Positions 48,387 to 59,940 of a DNA stretch of 64,000 bases are shown piece by piece. The stretch comes from an uncultured Acidobacteriota bacterium. Lineage in GTDB: Bacteria > Acidobacteriota > Thermoanaerobaculia > Gp7-AA8. The DNA lies in assembly GCA_963741955.1 (NCBI GenBank), contig CAVUKB010000006.1, positions 192,001 to 256,000 on the forward strand. Reading direction: 5' to 3'. Below the pieces are notes generated by a model. It was not told the DNA's origin. It made no database searches and saw nothing but the letters and a program-made list of their open reading frames with translations. The translations under genes and the position numbers were made by a program. Each line of letters begins with the position of its first letter. Within the stretch, counting starts at the first letter, position 1.

Positions 48387-49823
48387 ATGAGCAATTACGA
48401 GATCGAACAATTCGCAAAGCAGGAATACAAGTACGGCTTCACGACCGAGATCGATTCCGACGTCGTGGCGCCCGGTCTGAGCGAAGACGTGATCCGTCTC
48501 ATTTCGGCGAAGAAGAACGAACCGCAATTCATGCTGGAGTGGCGGCTGAAGGCGTTCCGGCAGTGGCAGACCATGCAGGAGCCGCACTGGGCGAAGGTGA
48601 ACTTTCCGCCGGTCGACTACCAGAAGATCAGCTACTACTCGGCTCCGAAGAAAAAGAAGCAGCTCAACAGCCTCGATGAAGTCGACCAGGAGCTGCTCGA
48701 CACGTTCAACAAACTCGGCATCTCGCTGCAGGAGCAGAAACGTCTCGCGGGAGTCGCGGTCGACGCGGTGTTCGACTCGGTCTCGGTGGCTACCACGTTC
48801 AAGGGAGAGCTGGCGAAGCTCGGAATCATCTTCTGCTCGTTCTCCGAGGCGGTGCAGAACCATCCGGAGCTGGTGCAGAAATATCTCGGGTCCGTGGTGC
48901 CGTACACCGACAACTTCTTCGCCGCACTGAATGCAGCGGTCTTCACCGACGGCTCGTTCTGCTACATCCCGAAGGGAGTCCGCTGTCCGATGGAGCTCTC
49001 GACGTACTTCCGCATCAACGCGGCGAACACGGGACAGTTCGAGCGGACGCTGATCGTCGCGGACGAAGGGGCGTACGTCAGCTACCTGGAGGGCTGCACC
49101 GCGCCGATGCGCGACGAGAATCAGCTCCACGCGGCGGTCGTCGAACTGGTTGCGCTCGATCACGCGCAGATCAAGTACTCCACGGTCCAGAACTGGTATC
49201 CCGGAGACCGTGAGGGAAAAGGTGGCATCTACAACTTCGTGACCAAGCGCGGAAAGGCACTGGCCAACGCGAAAATCTCATGGACCCAGGTCGAGACCGG
49301 CTCGGCGATCACGTGGAAATACCCCAGCTGCATCCTGCAGGGAGACAACTCGGTCGGTGAGTTCTACTCGGTCGCACTGACGAACAACTTCCAGCAGGCG
49401 GATACCGGCACCAAGATGATCCACATCGGGAAGAACACCCGGAGCACCATCGTCTCGAAGGGAATCTCGGCCGGCCGCGGACAGAATACCTACCGCGGAT
49501 CGGTGAAGATTCTGAAGAGTGCCGAAGGTGCACGCAACTATTCGCAGTGCGATTCACTCCTCCTCGGCGACAAGTGCGGAGCGCATACCTTTCCCTACAT
49601 CGAAGTGAGGAACTCCACTGCCCAGATGGAGCACGAGGCCTCTACTTCGAAGATCGGTGAGGACCAGCTCTTCTACTGCCAGCAGCGGGGGATCTCTCCG
49701 GAAGACGCCGTGTCGATGATCGTCAGCGGCTTCTGCAAGCAGGTTTTCCGCGAACTGCCGATGGAGTTCGCCGTCGAGGCCCAGAAGCTGCTCGGTGTGA
49801 GTCTCGAGGGAAGCGTCGGCTGA
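48387..49823 (+). CDS. sufB: Fe-S cluster assembly protein SufB
   Basis: [26 protein letters not shown]...LEGSVG. Confidence 0.98.
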   Translation: MSNYEIEQFAKQEYKYGFTTEIDSDVVAPGLSEDVIRLISAKKNEPQFMLEWRLKAFRQWQTMQEPHWAKVNFPPVDYQKISYYSAPKKKKQLNSLDEVDQELLDTFNKLGISLQEQKRLAGVAVDAVFDSVSVATTFKGELAKLGIIFCSFSEAVQNHPELVQKYLGSVVPYTDNFFAALNAAVFTDGSFCYIPKGVRCPMELSTYFRINAANTGQFERTLIVADEGAYVSYLEGCTAPMRDENQLHAAVVELVALDHAQIKYSTVQNWYPGDREGKGGIYNFVTKRGKALANAKISWTQVETGSAITWKYPSCILQGDNSVGEFYSVALTNNFQQADTGTKMIHIGKNTRSTIVSKGISAGRGQNTYRGSVKILKSAEGARNYSQCDSLLLGDKCGAHTFPYIEVRNSTAQMEHEASTSKIGEDQLFYCQQRGISPEDAVSMIVSGFCKQVFRELPMEFAVEAQKLLGVSLEGSVG

Positions 49824-49939
49824 TTCAGGCCGGCCTCGAATCCCTTCGCCTCTCCGGAATCGGAACGCACCCACGACTCACCGCAGCGAGTCGACACGAA
49901 ACGAGAAACACGAGAAACGTCGGAAGGAAACGCAGTCGA

Positions 49940-50701
<762 letters not shown>

Positions 50702-50720
50702 GATGGTGGAGAGCCGAAGG

Positions 50721-52067
50721 ATGACCGAAACTCTGATCGAAACGGACCGGCGCGTGACTGCATTCGCGGAGCTTCTCGGGAAGCTCGAAACGCGAGATGC
50801 CCCGGCGATCCGCGCTTTCCGCGAACGGGCGATGGAGAACTTCGTCCGGCTCGGCTTCCCCTCCACGAAATCCGAGGAGTGGCGCTATACCAACGTACAG
50901 CCGGTCGCCCGGACCGACTTCCGCCTGCCGGATGGAAGGCGGGAAGCCGTATCGCGGGCAACGATCGCACCCGTCCTTCTCGGGGACGCCGCGTCCGCGG
51001 AGCTGGTCTTCGTCGACGGCCGTTTCGACCCGGAGCTCTCCAGCACGTCTCCGGCGAACGGCGTGGACGTGATGTTTCTCGCCGATCTCTTCGCGTCGCC
51101 GTCGGCTCTGCTCGACGAGTTTCTCGGTCGTGCCGCGGACCCGTCGACCCAGCCGTTCGTGGCTCTCAATGCCGCGCTGATGCGGGACGGTGCCGTGATT
51201 CGCATCCATCCCGGAGCCATCGTCGAGGAGCCACTTCACGTGGTGCACGTCATTACGACCGACGCTCGCGCACTTCCTCCGATGGTCAACAGCCGCGTCC
51301 TGGTGATCGCCGAACCGGGCTCGCAGGCCAGTATCGTGGAATCGTCCTGGAGCGCGGGGGGAGGACGGTCGTTCAGCAACGGCGTGACTGAAGTGTTCGC
51401 GCGCGCCGGTGCAGTCATCGACCATTACCGCGTGCAACGCGAGAGCGCTCAGGCCATCCATTTCAGTGCGCTCTTCATCCATGAGGACCGCGACGCCGCC
51501 GTCACGACTCGGGCGATGGACCTCGGCGGAGCGTTGGTGCGGAACGAAGTCTCCGTCCGTCTCGACGGTGAGGGGAGCAGTTGCTCGCTGGATGGACTCT
51601 CTCTGATCGACGGCTCCCGTCACGTCGACAACCAGACCCGCATCGACCATCTCCAGCCGCACACCACCAGCCAGGAGTACTACAAAGGGATCCTCGACGA
51701 CACTGCCCGCGGCGTTTTCGACGGGAGGGTCGTGGTCCATCCCGGAGCGCAGAAGACGAATGCGCGGCAGACGAACAAGAATCTTCTCCTCTCCCGCGAC
51801 GCGATCGTCGACACCAAGCCGACCCTCGAGATCTACGCCGACGACGTGAAGTGCAACCACGGTTCTACGGTGGGCCAGCTCGACGAAGACTCGATCTTCT
51901 ATCTCCGGTCACGAGGAATCTCGCTCGAGGAGTCCCGAAAGATCCTGACCTGGGCGTTCGCCAGCGAGATCGTGCAGCGGATCCGCCTGAAGACTCTGCG
52001 GGAGCAGCTCCAGAACCTCCTTCTGGAGCGGATGCCTCAGGGAACGAGCGAAGGAGCACTTTCATGA
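50721..52067 (+). CDS. sufD: Fe-S cluster assembly protein SufD
   Basis: EEWRYT, PTLEIYADDVKCNHG, FYLRSRGI; alternative start at 50703. Confidence 0.95.
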   Translation: MTETLIETDRRVTAFAELLGKLETRDAPAIRAFRERAMENFVRLGFPSTKSEEWRYTNVQPVARTDFRLPDGRREAVSRATIAPVLLGDAASAELVFVDGRFDPELSSTSPANGVDVMFLADLFASPSALLDEFLGRAADPSTQPFVALNAALMRDGAVIRIHPGAIVEEPLHVVHVITTDARALPPMVNSRVLVIAEPGSQASIVESSWSAGGGRSFSNGVTEVFARAGAVIDHYRVQRESAQAIHFSALFIHEDRDAAVTTRAMDLGGALVRNEVSVRLDGEGSSCSLDGLSLIDGSRHVDNQTRIDHLQPHTTSQEYYKGILDDTARGVFDGRVVVHPGAQKTNARQTNKNLLLSRDAIVDTKPTLEIYADDVKCNHGSTVGQLDEDSIFYLRSRGISLEESRKILTWAFASEIVQRIRLKTLREQLQNLLLERMPQGTSEGALS

Positions 52068-53323
52068 GCGCGGTCACCCAACACGACCGTCCGGTCGAGA
52101 GCGGATCTCTCGACGTCGCGAAGATCCGCCGCGACTTCCCGATTCTCGACACCATGGTGAACGGGAAACCGCTCGTCTATCTGGACAACGCGGCGACGAC
52201 CCAGAAACCGCGGCAGGTCATCGAACGAATCGATCGCTTCTACGAGCGGGAAAACTCGAATGTTCATCGCGGCGTCCACTTTCTCAGCGAGACTGCGACT
52301 GCCGCGTACGAAGCCGCTCGCGGCAGCGTCCGCGGGTTCATCAACGCTCGTGCCGACAAGGAGATCGTCTTCACTCGCGGCGCGACCGAGGGGATCAACC
52401 TCGTCGCCTGGAGTTGGGGAAGGAAGAACGTCCGGGAAGGCGACGAGATCGTCATCAGTGAGATCGAGCATCATTCGAACATCGTTCCGTGGCAGATGCT
52501 GTGCGAGTCGACGGGAGCGAAGCTCCGCGTGATTCCGGCAAACGATGCCGGCGAGCTTCGGCTCGACGAGCTCGAGTCGATGCTCAACGAGAAGACGCGT
52601 CTGGTCGGAATCGTGCACATCTCCAACGCCCTCGGGACGGTCAACCCGATCCGCGAAGTGATCGAGATGGCCCACGCCCGCGGAATCAGGGTCCTGGTCG
52701 ACGGGGCACAGGGGATTCCTCATACACCGGTCGACGTCCAGGCACTCGACGCCGATTTCTACGTCTTTTCCGGGCACAAAGTGTTCGGCCCGACCGGCAT
52801 CGGGGTGCTTTACGGGAAGGGCGAGATTCTCGACGCCATGCCTCCGTACCAGGGCGGCGGCGACATGATTCTCTCCGTCACATTCGAGAAGACGCTCTAC
52901 AACATTCCTCCATACCGGTTCGAAGCAGGGACCCCGAACATCGCCGGAGCGGTCGGACTCGCCGCAGCGCTCGACTGGCTCAGCGCGATCGGACTGGAGA
53001 AGGTCGCGCACCACGAGCGGAGATTGCTCGACTACGCGACGCACCGGCTCGAGTCCGTCCCCGCTCTGCGCATCATCGGAACCGCCGCGGATAAGGCGAG
53101 CGTCATCTCGTTCGTCGTCGAGGGCGTCCATCCTCACGATCTCGGAACCATCGTCGATCGCGAGGGGGTCGCCATCCGGACCGGCCACCACTGCGCTCAG
53201 CCGGTCATGCTTCGCTACGGAGTTCCTGCCACTGCACGCGCGTCGTTCTCGCTCTACAACACCATCGAGGAGATCGACGTGCTCGAAGCGGCCGTCCGCA
53301 AGGCCATCGAGGTGTTTCGCTGA
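52064..53323 (+). CDS. sufS: Cysteine desulfurase SufS
   Basis: YLDNAATTQKP, SGHK PLP lysine, RTGHHCA. Confidence 0.97.
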   Translation: MSAVTQHDRPVESGSLDVAKIRRDFPILDTMVNGKPLVYLDNAATTQKPRQVIERIDRFYERENSNVHRGVHFLSETATAAYEAARGSVRGFINARADKEIVFTRGATEGINLVAWSWGRKNVREGDEIVISEIEHHSNIVPWQMLCESTGAKLRVIPANDAGELRLDELESMLNEKTRLVGIVHISNALGTVNPIREVIEMAHARGIRVLVDGAQGIPHTPVDVQALDADFYVFSGHKVFGPTGIGVLYGKGEILDAMPPYQGGGDMILSVTFEKTLYNIPPYRFEAGTPNIAGAVGLAAALDWLSAIGLEKVAHHERRLLDYATHRLESVPALRIIGTAADKASVISFVVEGVHPHDLGTIVDREGVAIRTGHHCAQPVMLRYGVPATARASFSLYNTIEEIDVLEAAVRKAIEVFR

Positions 53324-53769
53324 TGTCGGATTTGAGAGAGCTCTACCAGGAGATCATCCTGGACCACAACCGCAATCCCCGGAACTTCGGCCGACTCGAT
53401 CCGGCCGACCGGACCATCGAGGGCTTCAATCCTCTCTGCGGCGACCACTACACCGTGACCATGAACATGGAAGGCGATCGGATCACTGCGGTGAGATTCG
53501 AAGGGAGCGGGTGCGCCATCTCCAAGGCCTCTGCCTCGGTGATGACCGCCATGGTGCAGGGGAAACGAACAGACGAGGCCGAGCATCTCTTCGAAGAGTT
53601 CCGCCGCATGGTCACCGGAGAAAAACCGCCGGACGATCTGGAGAAGCTCGGAAAACTCGCGGCGTTCTCAGGTGTCTCCGAGTTTCCATCGCGCGTGAAG
53701 TGCGCCATCCTCGCCTGGCACGCGATGTCGAGCGCTCTCCACGGGGAGCAGAAAGTAACCACGGAGTAA
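53323..53769 (+). CDS. sufU: SUF NifU-family protein SufU
   Basis: NPLCGD, GCAISKAS, RVKCA. Confidence 0.95.
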   Translation: MSDLRELYQEIILDHNRNPRNFGRLDPADRTIEGFNPLCGDHYTVTMNMEGDRITAVRFEGSGCAISKASASVMTAMVQGKRTDEAEHLFEEFRRMVTGEKPPDDLEKLGKLAAFSGVSEFPSRVKCAILAWHAMSSALHGEQKVTTE

Positions 53770-53788
53770 CTCATCTTGGGGGAAACGT

Positions 53789-54334
53789 ATGCCTGAACAG
53801 GTCACTTTCAGCCGCTCCGCGGCTGCCATCACCATTCCGAGCGGTGAGCCGGTCTCGATACCGGAGGGAACTCACGCGACGATCACTCAATCGCTCGGAG
53901 GGGCTTACACCGTGATCACCGATCACGGAATGATGGTGCGTCTTTCGGGAGCCGAGGTCGAGGCGATCGGAAAAGAGCCGAGCGAGGAGATCAAGGTCGA
54001 AGGTGAAGTGACGAAGGAAAAGCTCGAGGAGATGGTGTGGGAGCAGCTCCGAACCTGCTACGACCCGGAGATCCCGGTGAACATCGTCGATCTCGGTCTG
54101 GTCTACATGAACGAGGTCACTCCGGAGGAGGGCGGCGGGTTCAAGGTCGAGATCAAGATGACTCTGACCGCGCCGGGCTGCGGCATGGGGCCGGTCCTCG
54201 CGGCCGACGTCGAGGGGAAACTGCGCACTCTCCCGGCGGTGAAGGACGTCAGCGTCGCAGTGGTGTTCGATCCGGTCTGGGACCGGAGCATGATGTCGGA
54301 AGCAGCGAAGCTTCAGCTCGGCATGTACTGGTGA
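53789..54334 (+). CDS. sufT: Fe-S assembly protein SufT (DUF59)
   Basis: TQSLGG, DPEIPVNIVDLGL, TLTAPGCGMG. Confidence 0.93.
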   Translation: MPEQVTFSRSAAAITIPSGEPVSIPEGTHATITQSLGGAYTVITDHGMMVRLSGAEVEAIGKEPSEEIKVEGEVTKEKLEEMVWEQLRTCYDPEIPVNIVDLGLVYMNEVTPEEGGGFKVEIKMTLTAPGCGMGPVLAADVEGKLRTLPAVKDVSVAVVFDPVWDRSMMSEAAKLQLGMYW

Positions 54335-54466
54335 GAATGGTGTAGCCCGCATTTCTCACACCGTCTCGACGCGAGGAGGCGGAGAGCGGCCTGGATACAA
54401 GGCGCGCGCAGTTTCGGCTTTCGCAGTAGGACAGTTTCTGCCGCGCAGACTCCCAGGGTCAAACTG

Positions 54467-54497
54467 AAAAAGGCGCCCGCGAGCGGGCGCCTTTCTT
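54467..54497. terminator. Bidirectional intrinsic terminator
   Basis: AAAAA-GGCGCCCG-CGAG-CGGGCGCC-TTTCTT between convergent genes. Confidence 0.85.
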
Positions 54498-54519
54498 GCG
54501 GAATCGCGTCGCCGCGTTC

Positions 54520-54885
54520 CTACCGGTGGTCCTTGAAGAACGTCCAGTGTGCGACGGGGAAGCCCGCCTGAAGCTGCTGAGCCTGCATCATCCCGTCGAT
54601 CGCGGCGAAGATCGCCACCGCACCCGAGGCGAGCCCACAGGTCAGAGGCATCCCGGCGATCCAGATCACCAGAGCCGCAGCCCCTTTCTGCCACTGTCCC
54701 ATGATCAGGTACCCGACGCCGCCCAGAAAGAGATTGAGCAGCAACACGATGGTCGGGTCCTTCGGGGGCGTGGAGGGGTAGACCAGCTCGCCCTGTGGAG
54801 CTCCACCCCCCGTCCCTCCTCCGCTGGGCGGAGTCGGCGGTGGTGGTGGCGGCGTGTAGCTTCCTCCCGGAGTGTTCGTATCCAT
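54520..54885 (-). CDS. Proline-rich small membrane protein (TM2-like)
   Basis: Poly-Pro N-terminus; PKDPTIVLLLNLFLGGVGYLIMGQWQKG. Confidence 0.8.
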   Translation of the reverse strand: MDTNTPGGSYTPPPPPPTPPSGGGTGGGAPQGELVYPSTPPKDPTIVLLLNLFLGGVGYLIMGQWQKGAAALVIWIAGMPLTCGLASGAVAIFAAIDGMMQAQQLQAGFPVAHWTFFKDHR

Positions 54886-54895
54886 GTGAATCTCC

Positions 54896-55333
54896 TTACA
54901 TTTTGTCCGCGAAATCGCTGACGACGGGGAGCCGGAACCGTTCTCCCTTCGTGGCCTTCACGATTCCCATGATGATCACGACGAGGTATCCGATTCCGAC
55001 GATGCAATTGATGAACCCGAGTGCTGCGCCGATGACGCAGCCGGAACGGAACACCCACTCGAGGATCCAGAGAACGATCATCACCACGAAGTACGCGATG
55101 AACATCGCGAGACCGTTCTTCGCGTGCCATTGAACTTCGCGGTCGTCTTTCCGGACCAGGAGTGGAATCAGCGCCAGAATCCCGAGGTACGAGAGAACCA
55201 GCATCAGTGTCCGGTCGGATGACCCCGAGCTTCCCGGGGGCGGAGGCGGCGGTGGAGGTGGCGGTGCATACGAACCTCCGGATGGTGGTGGCGGAGTGCC
55301 GGGCGGCACATTCGGCGGAGGCATCTCGCTCAT
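54896..55333 (-). CDS. Proline-rich DUF4870-like membrane protein
   Basis: LSYLGILALIPLL...VQWHAKNG...KGERFRLPVV. Confidence 0.85.
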   Translation of the reverse strand: MSEMPPPNVPPGTPPPPSGGSYAPPPPPPPPPPGSSGSSDRTLMLVLSYLGILALIPLLVRKDDREVQWHAKNGLAMFIAYFVVMIVLWILEWVFRSGCVIGAALGFINCIVGIGYLVVIIMGIVKATKGERFRLPVVSDFADKM

Positions 55334-55382
55334 CGAATTCTCCTTCTGTTGTTTGATTGCTCGAGAAAGACTAACACGTTTG

Positions 55383-57047
55383 TCATGCGCGTCGAAGTGC
55401 GGCGAGCCGCCGCTCCGCGATACGCAAAGGTAAGACCGTCAGAACGGCCGAGGTAGTGACCCCGATCACGATCGGAGCGATTCCGACGATCCAGCGGGTC
55501 TGGCCGTCCCCACCGAATATCATGTGGATCAGAAACCGCTGCACCGGGCGCGCGAAGAGAAACATCATCAGCCCGACATACAGCATCGACACGGCCATGT
55601 AGGCCAGCCCTCCCAGCGAGAGCGCGACCTCGAGGGGATTCTCGGTCCTGAAATCGGGCGACCATCCTCCCATCCCGACCCCCAGCGCAACCAGCGCCAG
55701 AGTGATCAGCGTCCCCCCCGCGAGGGTCAGGATCCAGACCTCCCTCGAGGCTCCGAGCATCGCATTCGTCAGGACCGTCAGGATCAGCATCACCAGCAGA
55801 AGAGGAGTGGTGTAGACGATGGTTTTCGCGAGCAGGATCCGCCGGAAATGCAGTGGGGCGCTGGCGAGAATCCAGAACTGCTTCCCTTCCGCCGACATCG
55901 AGGGATACGCGAAGCGGAGACAGATCGCAGAAACGACGAATCCGGACATTCCAACGTTCAGGTACGCGAGAAGGACCGCGCGCGCATCGCCCGCCACCGG
56001 GATCATCCGGATGTTGTAGAGATAGAGGAAGAGGAGCGCGACCATCATGAACAGCTGCGACCACTGCGCCGCGTCGCGGGTGACGACCCGCGCCTCCTTT
56101 CCGATCATCGCGCGCAGGGGAGGAGAGAGCGGACCGACCACCCGGTCGAGCAGCCGCACCATCGCACCGGAACCGATCGCCACCGGTGCCGAGCTCTCTC
56201 TGGCTCGTACGAATGCGGTGAAATAGATCGATCTCCCGACACCGAAGTAGAGCGCGAAAGCGACTCCCGCCAGCAGGACGATTCCCAGCATCTCCTGCCA
56301 GCGGAACACCCCGTCCGCGCCACCCACCATCGCACCTGCGATCCAGCTGCTCGGAATGTATTGCGACGACGGCAGACGGATCGCACGCAGGATGGCGATC
56401 ATGTCGTCGGTCTGGATGTCCGCGAACAGCCGCTCCGGACGGGCGAGCCGGATCCCGACGATCACCAGGGTGACGAAAAGGATCCCGAGCGTCGCCGCGA
56501 TCTGGTGCACCCTCCGCACCGGAAAGAGCCGCACCAGCAGCACGACCACCAGCGCTCCGATCGAGACCGGAACCGTGAGGAGGAGAAGGAAGGCCACGAT
56601 CGAGACCGCCAGGAATCGTGCCGCGATGTGGTACTGAAGAGCGAAGGCGATGAACATCGGCAGGAGGAACGCGACCACCACCCATGCACTCTGCACGAAG
56701 GTCTTGACCCATCTCGCCAAGAGGATCCGCGTCCGCGGTCGTGGCGACGAATGGTACAGCTCGAGGTCGAGGTCCGAGAACAGCGCTCCGATGGCACTCG
56801 TCGCGGAGGATGAAAAAAGCACCATCAGGGCGACCAGAAACACCATCCCCAGGAAGTTCTCCAGCAGCCCGAGGGCGAAGAACGGGGTCAGGCGCTCGAT
56901 ATTCGCCGCCGCACGGAAGAGGCGCCGGAAGACGACGAAGTCGCCGTAGAGGAACGCTCCGAAGAGCAGCGACACGATCACGAAGCGTCCGAGAAGCGCC
57001 GCGTTGACCGGGCGAGCTCGCGCGAGCGCGATCCGAAGAGCCCACAT
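55383..57047 (-). CDS. Putative ABC exporter permease
   Basis: Many TM helices; DLELYHSSP, KEARVVTRD, PSMSAEGKQFWILASAP pattern. Confidence 0.8.
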   Translation of the reverse strand: MWALRIALARARPVNAALLGRFVIVSLLFGAFLYGDFVVFRRLFRAAANIERLTPFFALGLLENFLGMVFLVALMVLFSSSATSAIGALFSDLDLELYHSSPRPRTRILLARWVKTFVQSAWVVVAFLLPMFIAFALQYHIAARFLAVSIVAFLLLLTVPVSIGALVVVLLVRLFPVRRVHQIAATLGILFVTLVIVGIRLARPERLFADIQTDDMIAILRAIRLPSSQYIPSSWIAGAMVGGADGVFRWQEMLGIVLLAGVAFALYFGVGRSIYFTAFVRARESSAPVAIGSGAMVRLLDRVVGPLSPPLRAMIGKEARVVTRDAAQWSQLFMMVALLFLYLYNIRMIPVAGDARAVLLAYLNVGMSGFVVSAICLRFAYPSMSAEGKQFWILASAPLHFRRILLAKTIVYTTPLLLVMLILTVLTNAMLGASREVWILTLAGGTLITLALVALGVGMGGWSPDFRTENPLEVALSLGGLAYMAVSMLYVGLMMFLFARPVQRFLIHMIFGGDGQTRWIVGIAPIVIGVTTSAVLTVLPLRIAERRLAALRRA

Positions 57048-57363
57048 GGATGAAGATAGTGTAGCGCGGAGGGATGACTGCTGGTGCGAAGATTCGTTCG
57101 GGGGTTCCGAGCTTCATGAGGCCGCTCTCGTGGCCGAACTTTCAAGGACCACCATCCGTCATGCGGACCATCGATCCATCGACCCTCGCAGGTCGATCCG
57201 CGAATCCGGGCTCCAGAAGTTTGGTAAACCACCACTCACTACCAGACTCTTGCGCCCGCGCTGCGAAAACGATCTTCCCATCGGCAGACGAAGATCTCGC
57301 ACCTCGACCCCGCATCCTCGAGAGTTCTGCCTCGAGGCTCGAATCACCTGAACGGTGTTCGTC

Positions 57364-57834
57364 CTATTTCAGTTCCGCATAACCGCCCCGGAAGTAGATC
57401 AGCGGATCTCCCTCTTCGATCTCGGCGTGCACCACTTCGCCCACCACGATGCTGTGGTCGCCGCCATCGAATCGGTCGTGAACGCGGCATTCGATCCGGG
57501 CGAGAGCGCCGTCGAGCAGCGGCGCACCGAGCGTCCCCGGATGGGTGGCGATCCCTTCGAACTTCTCGTCCCCACGCGACGCGAAACGCCGTGAATGGAG
57601 ATCCTGATCCGCGCTCAGAACATTGACCGCGAAGTTCGCCGCCGACGTGATCACCGGATGCAGGCTTGCGTCTTTGTCGATGCAGATCAGCACCAGGGGC
57701 GGCTCCAGAGAGAGAGAACAGAATGCGCTGACCGTCATCCCGTGCCGGACACCCTCCGCCTCGGTCGTCACCACCGTCACTCCGCTCGCGAAATGTCCAA
57801 GTGCCTGTCGGAACCGTGCCGGATCCATCACCAT
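57364..57834 (-). CDS. Flavin reductase family protein
   Basis: FRQALGHFASGVTVVT, SLEPPLV, GDHSIVVG. Confidence 0.95.
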   Translation of the reverse strand: MVMDPARFRQALGHFASGVTVVTTEAEGVRHGMTVSAFCSLSLEPPLVLICIDKDASLHPVITSAANFAVNVLSADQDLHSRRFASRGDEKFEGIATHPGTLGAPLLDGALARIECRVHDRFDGGDHSIVVGEVVHAEIEEGDPLIYFRGGYAELK

Positions 57835-57934
57835 GCAGTCGGCCTCCCTGGTCTTCGACCCTCCCCGGATCATATCAGCAGCATTTCAAACCTTCCGCGC
57901 CGTCCGACGTATGTCCGGAGGAGGAGGATCACGC

Positions 57935-58903
57935 ATGCGGAATCTGAAGATCAGCACTCTGGCAGCCGCGGCGATTCTGGCCGCCGGACTGGTACATGCC
58001 TCGACGAGCGAGACCGTTCGACGCTCGTTCAACGTCGGCGACGGGGGAACCCTCACCATCCGGACCGATCTCGGAAGCATCGAAGTCAATCCCGTGGCCG
58101 GCCATCAGCTCTCGATCGAGGTGAGGAAGGAATCCAGACGGAGTGACGCTAAGGAGGATCTGGCGAATTTCCAGCTCGAATTCTCACAACACGGAAATGA
58201 CGTGATGGTGAAGGGAGACCGTCACGATTCGCACCTTTTCGACTGGGGCAACGGCCTTCGGGTCCACTACGTCGTCACCGTTCCGGCGCGATACAACGTC
58301 GATCTCGACACATCCGGCGGCAGCATCGAAGTCGGAGATCTCACCGGCTCGGTCAAACTCGACACGTCGGGTGGCAGCCTCCGGATCGGACGGATCGATG
58401 GGCCCGTCGACGGACACACTTCGGGCGGCAGCATCGAAGTCACCACCGCGCTCCGCGACGTCCGGATCACGACCTCCGGAGGGCACATCCGGATCGGCAA
58501 CGCCGGAGGCGTCGTCGTGGCGAAGACGTCCGGAGGATCCATCTCCGTCGGTCAGGTTTCCGGCGACGTCACGCTTCGGACTTCGGGTGGTGGAATCGAG
58601 ATCGAGTCGGTGAGCGGTAAGGTTCACGCGAATACCTCGGGAGGAAGCGTCCGCGCGTCGATCCGCTCGCTCAGCGGCGACTCCGAGCTGTCGACCTCCG
58701 GCGGGAGCGTCACCGTGCGCGTCGCTCAGAGCCTGGCTGCCGACGTGGAGGCGTCGACCAGCGCCGGCCGCGTCAACTCCGATCTGCCGATCACCGTGCA
58801 GGGCGAGATCAGTAAATCCCATCTCACCGGGACCATCAATGGAGGCGGGCCGAAACTGATCCTCCACTCCTCTGCGGGAAGCGTCAACATCGAGAAGATG
58901 TAG
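57935..58903 (+). CDS. Secreted DUF4097 beta-strand-repeat protein
   Basis: Signal peptide; repeated TSGGSI units; GGAGG RBS. Confidence 0.9.
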   Translation: MRNLKISTLAAAAILAAGLVHASTSETVRRSFNVGDGGTLTIRTDLGSIEVNPVAGHQLSIEVRKESRRSDAKEDLANFQLEFSQHGNDVMVKGDRHDSHLFDWGNGLRVHYVVTVPARYNVDLDTSGGSIEVGDLTGSVKLDTSGGSLRIGRIDGPVDGHTSGGSIEVTTALRDVRITTSGGHIRIGNAGGVVVAKTSGGSISVGQVSGDVTLRTSGGGIEIESVSGKVHANTSGGSVRASIRSLSGDSELSTSGGSVTVRVAQSLAADVEASTSAGRVNSDLPITVQGEISKSHLTGTINGGGPKLILHSSAGSVNIEKM

Positions 58904-58913
58904 AGAGGCATCT

Positions 58914-59025
58914 GAGATCGAGGATCGTGGATCGTGGATCGAGAATCGAGAATCGAGGACCCGGAATCGAGAACCGTGGACCCGGAATCGAGAACCGAGA
59001 ACCGAGGACCCGGAACCGGGAATCG
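58914..59025. repeat. Heptamer simple repeat (GAGAATC/GAGGATC/GAGAACC/GGAACCG)
   Basis: About 15 degenerate heptamers between convergent genes. Confidence 0.75.
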
Positions 59026-59205
59026 CGGTTCTGATCGCGAGATCCTCGGCCGTCGCTCGTTGCGGCATACGCGAAATGCGCGTGAGTGAGGAAGGTGCGA
59101 GGTCACGCTCCTCCGGAGCAGCAGTCGCGGAGCGGCGCGATCGGGGGCGGGTCAGACGATCCGCACCCCGGCCGCCGACCCGCTCGGTTCTTCGCGCGAG
59201 CCGCC

Positions 59206-59796
59206 TCAGCCCCGCAACTCGGGACGCGCCTCGGCGCCCGGCTGTTTCCGCTCGCGCAGTTCGCCGAACAGCCGCACCATCTCCCGGTTGAACGCCGGAA
59301 TGTCGTCCGGTTTCCGGCTGCTGACCCAGTTCCGATCCCGGATCACCTCGCGGTCCTGCCACGTCGCACCGGCATTGCGAAGATCGTCCTGCAGCGTCGG
59401 CCAGCTCGTCAGTGTCCGTCCCTTCACCACTCCGGCCGAGACGAGCAGCCAGGAACCGTGGCAGATCACCGCGATGGGGCGGTTGTTGCGGTCCATGAAC
59501 CGGACGATCTCCTGAGCCCGATCTTCCATCCGGAGGTTGTCCGCGTTGAAGACCCCGCCCGGAAGGAGGACCGCGTCGAAGTCCTCCGGGCGGGCATCGA
59601 CGAGACGGATGTCCACATCGAACTCATCGCCTTTCTCGTCGTGATGAAATCCGCGGACCTTCCCTTCCTTCGGCGAGACGACGAACGTCTTCGCGCCGGC
59701 GTCGTCGAGCGCCTTTCGGGGCCTGGTCATCTCCACTTGTTCGAACCCTTCCGTCACCAGAATGGCGACCCGGATTCCCTTCAGATCATCAGCCAT
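59206..59796 (-). CDS. PfpI/DJ-1 type 1 glutamine amidotransferase-like protein (YhbO-like)
   Basis: GFEQVE, LPGG, ICHG, SRKPDDIPAF; GAGG RBS. Confidence 0.93.
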   Translation of the reverse strand: MADDLKGIRVAILVTEGFEQVEMTRPRKALDDAGAKTFVVSPKEGKVRGFHHDEKGDEFDVDIRLVDARPEDFDAVLLPGGVFNADNLRMEDRAQEIVRFMDRNNRPIAVICHGSWLLVSAGVVKGRTLTSWPTLQDDLRNAGATWQDREVIRDRNWVSSRKPDDIPAFNREMVRLFGELRERKQPGAEARPELRG

Positions 59797-59940
59797 CTCA
59801 TTACCTCCTCGACTGGAATTCAAATGTGATGCGTTGCAATCTCCGCGCAGAAACCGCGTGCCCGAGGCCGCCGAAAAGAGCCTCCGCCGGCCGATGGGGA
59901 TAGAATCTCCGCCGCGAATCAATTCGATCGAGGAGGTTCC

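Noticed and set aside
57048-57360. Gene or ncRNA in the 310-bp gap
   Set aside because: Short ORFs lack recognisable motifs and I saw no convincing structure.
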